Part shown: positions 7,888 through 13,450 of the stretch, piece after piece
How positions within the stretch are numbered: position 1 is the stretch's first letter
Layout: each line of letters starts with the position of its first letter
Assembly (NCBI GenBank): GCA_020184695.1
Contig: JAANOX010000120.1
Location: 1 to 13,450 of the forward strand
Length of the DNA: 13,450 nucleotides
Origin: Histomonas meleagridis 2922-C6/04-290x
Taxonomy: Eukaryota > Protista > Parabasalia
Direction of reading: 5' to 3'
Notes under the pieces: model-generated
Databases searched by the model: none
What the model saw: only the letters and a program-made list of their open reading frames with translations
What the model was told of the DNA's origin: nothing
Made by a program: the position numbers and the translations under genes

Positions 7888-8691
7888 TTATTTTTGTTTG
7901 TCTATATTTTCATCAGATGCTGTTATAAGTAAATTACTGTTTTTAATATCTTCATCAATGTCTTCATCAGGTATTGGTCTTATAGATATTGTTATATACA
8001 TAGGTGATAACAAATGAACTTCTTGCATATTAGCGTCAACTAATTTTAATTCTAAATGTGACAAATCACTAGAATTTATTAATACTTCAAAATCAGCATT
8101 ATTAACAATAACAGGATAATTATTACTAAAAGAATTATCAATTCTGAGTATTATTTTTGATATATTGATGTTTTCATTTAGGTTTCTATAAGAACTTTTT
8201 CCTAAATTACTTACTATATATAATACAGGTGTTGATAAATAATTCCCTACAGAATCACATAATATTTCATATTTATTAGTATCTTTATTTAAATATGTTG
8301 ATGTCAAAGGTAAATTTGTATTATATAAACCTGTTAATTGTTTTATATTATAACTCATATCATTTATAATAAAATTGTTAGCACTGATAAATATCAGTCT
8401 ATTAGCAGAATCAGTCTCAACAATAACATTACTTTTTGTAATTAAACTTGTTAATAAACTCGCAAAACTTGTATAATTTACATCAGTATACTGTGTGTTA
8501 AAAGTATATTTTGTATTATTGATTATTATATAATCACCTTTTTCAATGACTACTATATTACAATGAGTTGTTAATGATGTAATTATCATTTTAGCAAATC
8601 TTGTATAAGGTAATGGTAAATTAACATTAATTCTGTTATAATGATTACTGTCATATGATGAAATTATATAATCAATTATTTCATTAAACAT
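7888..8691 (-). CDS. Minor capsid protein (penton, single jelly-roll)
   Basis: 267 aa and beta-rich. The C-terminal LELKLVDANMQEVHLLSPMYITISI matches the penton strand pattern (ixLxDxxxxxxxL...IxxxI). It lies between the MCP and the ATPase. Confidence 0.72.
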   Translation of the reverse strand: MFNEIIDYIISSYDSNHYNRINVNLPLPYTRFAKMIITSLTTHCNIVVIEKGDYIIINNTKYTFNTQYTDVNYTSFASLLTSLITKSNVIVETDSANRLIFISANNFIINDMSYNIKQLTGLYNTNLPLTSTYLNKDTNKYEILCDSVGNYLSTPVLYIVSNLGKSSYRNLNENINISKIILRIDNSFSNNYPVIVNNADFEVLINSSDLSHLELKLVDANMQEVHLLSPMYITISIRPIPDEDIDEDIKNSNLLITASDENIDKQK

Positions 8692-8705
8692 TGTATTTTA
8701 TTTTT

Positions 8706-8864
8706 ATGAAAATAATGATATTTGAATTATATATATGTATTATATCAACAATTTATGTAATCAATTCTGTAATAAATACATTTATAAAAATATATAATAT
8801 TGATGATGATAATAATGAGGAAGAAGAGATACCTGATAATATTATAAAATCATTATATTGTTAA
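8706..8864 (+). CDS. 52-aa microprotein with a hydrophobic N-terminal helix and acidic tail (not in the ORF track)
   Basis: MKIMIFELYICIISTIYVINSVINTFIKIYNIDDDNNEEEEIPDNIIKSLYC*. It fills the mCP-ATPase gap, ends 3 nt before the ATPase stop, and is preceded by TGTATTTTATTTTTA. Confidence 0.6.
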   Translation: MKIMIFELYICIISTIYVINSVINTFIKIYNIDDDNNEEEEIPDNIIKSLYC

Positions 8865-8867
8865 AGT

Positions 8868-9764
8868 TTATTTTTCAACATTAGCTAATGTAATAGTTAT
8901 TTTTTTGGCTTTTATGTATATATTAAATCTACTGTGTTGATCTTTAATTTTAGAATACTCATTCCATAACTTATCTACGTCAAAACAACTTGCAGGTGAT
9001 TCTTTAATCAAATAATAAAAGTCTTCTTTAGAGATACCTGGAAATAATACTATATCAGATAAGGTTCTTTTCAAATCTTTTGGTATTGATTTTACTGTTT
9101 GTACACATACAATAACATTAATATTGAAGTGTCTTAACTTTTTTAATAATTTCATTAAATCAGTCTCTTTATTCTTTAATAACACGTGATTTGCAAAATC
9201 ATCTAATATTAATAACATTCTGTGAGGATATGTTTTCCAATTGTAATAAGCTAATTTCAATGATATATATTTCAATATATTTTCTTTTGAATTTAATTTG
9301 TGTTTAAAAAGACTCTTTCTAATTCCTCATTAATTTCTTTAAAGTTACTGTTAATATATTTCATTATTGAGTTATATTTTAAAATACGCACTCATATATT
9401 TGTTTAAGAAATCTAATAAATCGTTATCAGATATAGCTATAAGTTTACTATTTTTAATTAATATTTTGAAAGAATTTACTGTCTCATCAAACTTGTTACT
9501 TGTAGAACATATACATATTAACTCATAAAAAGGTTCATTAAATAATACTTCTTGTTGAGCTACTAATTTTAAATAAGTATAACTTTTACCCGATCCCATA
9601 GGAGCAATAAATGCGCAAATACCGTTTTGTGCAAATGGATATTTTTCATGTATATATTTTATTAAAGCATTATCTAATAATACTTTGTTTTTGTTACTAA
9701 TCTTATTAAAATTGTTATCTATTTCTTTAAACTTTTTGTCAATAGATTCATATTTATGCTTCAT
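8868..9764 (-). pseudogene. A32-like (FtsK/HerA) DNA packaging ATPase, split by two frameshifts
   Basis: Walker A APMGSGKS, Walker B LLILDD and LRHFNINVIVCVQ. The linker RILKYNSIMKYINSNFKEINEELERVF is read in a shifted frame between ~9390 and ~9305. Confidence 0.9.
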
Positions 9765-9826
9765 TTTGTTAAAAATAAAAACACATCATATTTTTAATTG
9801 TTTTAATATTTTTTCCTCATATAAAT

Positions 9827-10285
9827 ATGGAATCATTTAAAAGTTATTTGTTAAGTGATTTTGAAAGTCTTAATTATAAAGCAGTAGATATCAAATTTAA
9901 ACACTCTGAGGAACCGGACTTTGATAAAGAAACTAAAGAACCATATATTCGTCACAGTATATTAGTAAATATGAAGTTTTATAATCAAAACCTCAAATTA
10001 TTAAGTGCTGTTAACATTAAATTTATTAATGATAAATTAGCTCCTGTAAGTGCTAAAAAATTAAAAAACATATCACCAGATGAGCTTAATAATAAATTTA
10101 TTGATGCTAAACAACATATTGTAAGTGAAATATGTAATGATATACAAAATAAAATTGATCATTTAACGTCAAAAATAAATTCTATTAACAATTATTGTCA
10201 AACATCTAATAAAACATCTAATAATGACCTCGAAAATGATGATATTATTAAACCCACTAAATCTAAGAAGAAATTTGATATGTAA
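9827..10285 (+). CDS. Hypothetical viral protein
   Basis: 152-aa ORF with viral codon usage that fills the ATPase-PolB gap. No motif recognised. Confidence 0.65.
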   Translation: MESFKSYLLSDFESLNYKAVDIKFKHSEEPDFDKETKEPYIRHSILVNMKFYNQNLKLLSAVNIKFINDKLAPVSAKKLKNISPDELNNKFIDAKQHIVSEICNDIQNKIDHLTSKINSINNYCQTSNKTSNNDLENDDIIKPTKSKKKFDM

Positions 10286-10312
10286 ATTTAATATGTAAAA
10301 ATAATTTTATTT

Positions 10313-12459
10313 TTAATGACTTAATTCAATCAATATTTTCATAGGATCTTCACTATTAATACATTTATTTTTATACTTATTATTAACATGATATATATAT
10401 TCATTATCGATATTTTTACCGATCCAATTATCAGCTGATTTAATATATATTTCCTTGAATATATGTTCAATTTTGAATTGTCCTAATTTATCACCTATAT
10501 ATCCTAAATCCAATAATTTGTTATAATCTTTTTCAGATATTAATAAAGAACCAACTTTCGAATAATATACATTTAGATATTAAAACTTTTAATATGATTC
10601 ATTTTATCATTAAAATTATTTAATACAGACTTTGCGAACTGCGGGTAAGTAAAGTGTTCTCTATAAGGTTTTATTGTATATACATAATTATTATCATATT
10701 TAATAACATAAGGTGCAAATTCTTCAATATATTTATCAACATTAGTCTTTAATTTTTTATTAAAATTAGGTGGTTTTCTAATAGACATTCCCCAACAACT
10801 ATTCATCATAAATTTCAATGTAGTAGATAATTTATTGTTATTATTATTTCTGGCATTAATCCTTAAATTATATAATATTTCAATAAGTTCTTTTATTTTA
10901 GTATTTTGACCTTTAAAATTACCGTTATTATCAGGTTTACCTATAGGTATTGATATTACAGATGACATATATGCTCCGTTTAAATCTATATAATAATACT
11001 TTCCTGTTAAATGTATTTGTTGCCAGATAGTTTCAGGAAATATACATTCATTACGTATTTTATAAGCAATATCACCTTATAACTCATATACATTATCAAA
11101 ACAACCGTATTCATACATTATCTTTAACATTAAATCACTATAGGTGTAATAAGATTTTACATTAATATTTAAACCTAAAATATTAATAATATTTTGTAAT
11201 TCATTTAACCTGTAGTTAACTTCATTATCATCAATATTATACCCAAATAATTTCTTACCGTGTTTCATTCTTTTAACAAAATCAGGTATATATTTCTTAT
11301 CAGGAATATTTATTAATCTATAGCTGTTATAAGGTTTATTAATAGTTTTATAACTCCAACACAATTTATTATAAGTATTAATATCCATAGGTTTTAATAG
11401 ATTGCATTGTTTCATAGTATTAATTAAATAATATACAGATATAGGTTTTTCAGCAAATTCTATTGTTTTATTTTTATCATAATTTTTAATACTGTCAATA
11501 GATATATTAACACTTTCGTTTAACATATAATGATTATCTATAATGATTAATTTTATAGTTTTATTATATTGTTTACCGTAATCTCTGTGAGTAAAATCTT
11601 TATTAGCCATATATCTGACATTAATATGTACTTTTAATAAATCTGATATATTATTTAATTCTGATAAAGGAACTGTTCTAGTATTTATAAAAGATCTTAA
11701 CATATTAATCTCATTATCTGTAAATAAATTACTTGCAATAAATGATTGTATCAAACAAGATTCATTAATATGTTCATTATTGACGTTATTGAAAATACCA
11801 TATTTTGTAAGATCTATATTAGTAGTATTAATATAAGGAAAGAATCCTGGATTAACTCTTTTACCGTTTTTAAGATCTTTAAATTCAAATTTTATAGATT
11901 TAATATTTTTAAAGGTATCTAATGCTAAAGTATTACTGTCACTAATATCATCTTTTTCATTAATTATATTATATAAGAAATTAACTGTGTTCATATTTCC
12001 ATGATAATAAGATATATTATTATTATCGTCAATAATTGTCATCCTAATATCTTTATTAATTTTTGATCCAGATGATTTAATAGCATACATTAATGATTTT
12101 AACATAACATTGTTTTTATTAGAATTCACTGTATGAGTAAAGTCTTTCTGAACCATTAATTTCTTAATTAATTCTTTAGTTATATTGTTAATAGATTTAT
12201 TATGTATAGGTTTCTCTGCAGGTTCATGATCAGATAAAGCTATATTATAATAATCATCAAAGTAATCATATTTACTGCGTTTATTGTGTTTGATTTTATA
12301 CTGTAGTTGATTAACTGATAAATGATCATATTTATTATTCATTTCATCATAAACTTTGTATTTGGTTTTAGTATTTATATGTTCAAAATTATCTGGTAAT
12401 GTATAACCGTAATTATTGAACAATTCTATGACTTGTTTTGTTGTTAGCTTTTTAGGCAT
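10313..12459 (-). pseudogene. Compact family B DNA polymerase (protein-primed type) with N-terminal TP-like/OTU-like region; nonsense and frameshift lesions
   Basis: Three track ORFs join into one ~715-codon gene. There is an in-frame TAA at 11077-11079 (YEL*GDIAYKIR), motif A YIDLNGAYMS (D at 10984-10986) and motif B LKFMMNSCWG (K at 10813-10815). A frameshift at ~10576-10581 is followed by motif C position YYSKVGSLLI and GDKLGQFKIE. Confidence 0.85.
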
Positions 12460-12521
12460 ATATATATTATATTAAAATAAAAATAAAATAAATTTTATAA
12501 AATTATATTTTTAAAGATTGT

Positions 12522-13103
12522 TTACTTATATGTTAATCCTGATGTTGATTTAACAAATTTGAGTGATATTTTACGTTTATCGATAAATTCTATAACATCT
12601 GGAAAACTGTACTTTAAATTATATGTTTCGTTATCCTTTTTAACGTATATTTTGCTAACGTAATCATAAGTATTACTCTTACAACAATATGTATCAGTAT
12701 CAGCTTTTAACAGTTCAATCTCATTAGTATCACATAATAATTGCAATAATTTAATTAGCTCATCTTCGTCAGCAATTATATATTTATTAACAATTAACGG
12801 ATTATTTTCAATAATATCTAAACATAATACTAATGCTTGAATTAATAAATCTTTGTCGTGAATAATGTTTTGTAAATTATTATTTAAATCATTAGCTGTT
12901 TCGACAGATCTGTTTTGAATGTTTTCGTTATTATCGTTAACGTCAGGATATTTAACTTCTATATGATCTACACTCATAGAACGTTCATAAGGATTTACTA
13001 CGACATTAACATTTTGATTTTGTTGAGGACTGTTGATATTTGTATCTACTTTTGCTAAAAAGCCTTTTGAACAAGATAACACTCTTGAATGAGGCACTGA
13101 CAT
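12522..13103 (-). CDS. Hypothetical viral protein
   Basis: 193-aa intact ORF co-oriented with and upstream of PolB, with a low-complexity linker and a globular-looking C-terminal half. Confidence 0.7.
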   Translation of the reverse strand: MSVPHSRVLSCSKGFLAKVDTNINSPQQNQNVNVVVNPYERSMSVDHIEVKYPDVNDNNENIQNRSVETANDLNNNLQNIIHDKDLLIQALVLCLDIIENNPLIVNKYIIADEDELIKLLQLLCDTNEIELLKADTDTYCCKSNTYDYVSKIYVKKDNETYNLKYSFPDVIEFIDKRKISLKFVKSTSGLTYK

Positions 13104-13132
13104 ATTTTATTATATGTAAAAATACTATTGTA

Positions 13133-13438
13133 ATGGACTTATTTGATTATATCAAAGAATTAAAACTTAAAAAAGTGTTTACTATAAAACAATTACCTTA
13201 TATTGATTTAATCAATTTTTATATTGAGGACTTAGTAATATATAAATATATTATAATTGCTAAAAACAATATTTTAAAAAAGTCTAAAAAATTAGGTTTA
13301 AAACTCTATAAAATACAAAATAATGTAAATATAAAAATAAAACCTCCAATTAAAAACATTGAGAAAGGACGTTATATTTTAATGTATGATCCTAACAAAA
13401 ATGAAATAACTGTATGTTCTGGTGAAGAAAAATATTAA
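13133..13438 (+). CDS. Hypothetical basic viral protein (likely start ATG 13133)
   Basis: The track ORF 13040-13438 overlaps its neighbour. The in-frame ATG at 13133 gives a 101-aa ORF divergent from the 13103 gene. Confidence 0.55.
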   Translation: MDLFDYIKELKLKKVFTIKQLPYIDLINFYIEDLVIYKYIIIAKNNILKKSKKLGLKLYKIQNNVNIKIKPPIKNIEKGRYILMYDPNKNEITVCSGEEKY

Positions 13439-13450
13439 TTATAACATATA

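Larger units (their letters stand above)
2315..13450. mobile_element. Endogenous Polinton/Maverick-like dsDNA virus (left end present, right end outside the window), inactivated copy
   Basis: Co-located rve integrase, A32-like ATPase, major and minor capsid proteins and a protein-primed-type PolB, with dense gene packing and a simple-repeat terminus interrupting a transposase frame. Confidence 0.9.

Noticed and set aside
11077-11079. In-frame TAA as evidence of a TAA=Gln genetic code
   Set aside because: Most neighbouring genes end in TAA at tightly packed boundaries (4900, 5568, 7854, 7888, 8868, 10285), so TAA is a stop. This is a nonsense mutation or error.
10296-12504. AT hairpins near gene ends (10296-10315, 12491-12504; also 3252-3265) as terminator or polyadenylation signals
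   Set aside because: Short A/T stems are expected by chance at this composition and cannot be supported without statistics or 3'-end data.
1-13450. tRNA, rRNA or other known structured RNA genes
   Set aside because: No cloverleaf or rRNA-like conserved segments were recognised by eye. A covariance-model search was not possible.

Overview
AT-rich eukaryotic DNA, probably from a parabasalid/metamonad protist (inferred from the ankyrin-repeat style and capsid type), made of nested mobile elements. Positions 313-890 hold host-type gene remnants including ankyrin repeats. Positions ~1262-2314 hold a decayed P-element/THAP9-like transposase, cut at 2315 by the left end of an endogenous Polinton/Maverick-like DNA virus that runs to the end of the window. 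The virus begins with a (CA)6 terminus and a ~950-bp non-coding end containing a 438-bp imperfect palindrome and an exact 102-bp duplication. It encodes an rve integrase with a D-D35-D triad and a chromodomain-like tail, an amphipathic pVI-like protein, a basic core-like protein, major and minor capsid proteins, an A32-type packaging ATPase, a very compact family B polymerase and several unknown ORFs. One of these is a 52-aa membrane microprotein missing from the ORF track. The polymerase appears to have an OTU-like protease domain but to lack the 3'-5' exonuclease and the TPR1 insertion. This copy is inactive as sequenced: the ATPase and PolB carry frameshifts or stops, and the 5' end of the capsid gene is replaced by a ~530-bp internal fragment of a non-LTR retrotransposon RT. 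All family assignments come from motif recognition by eye, with no database searches.
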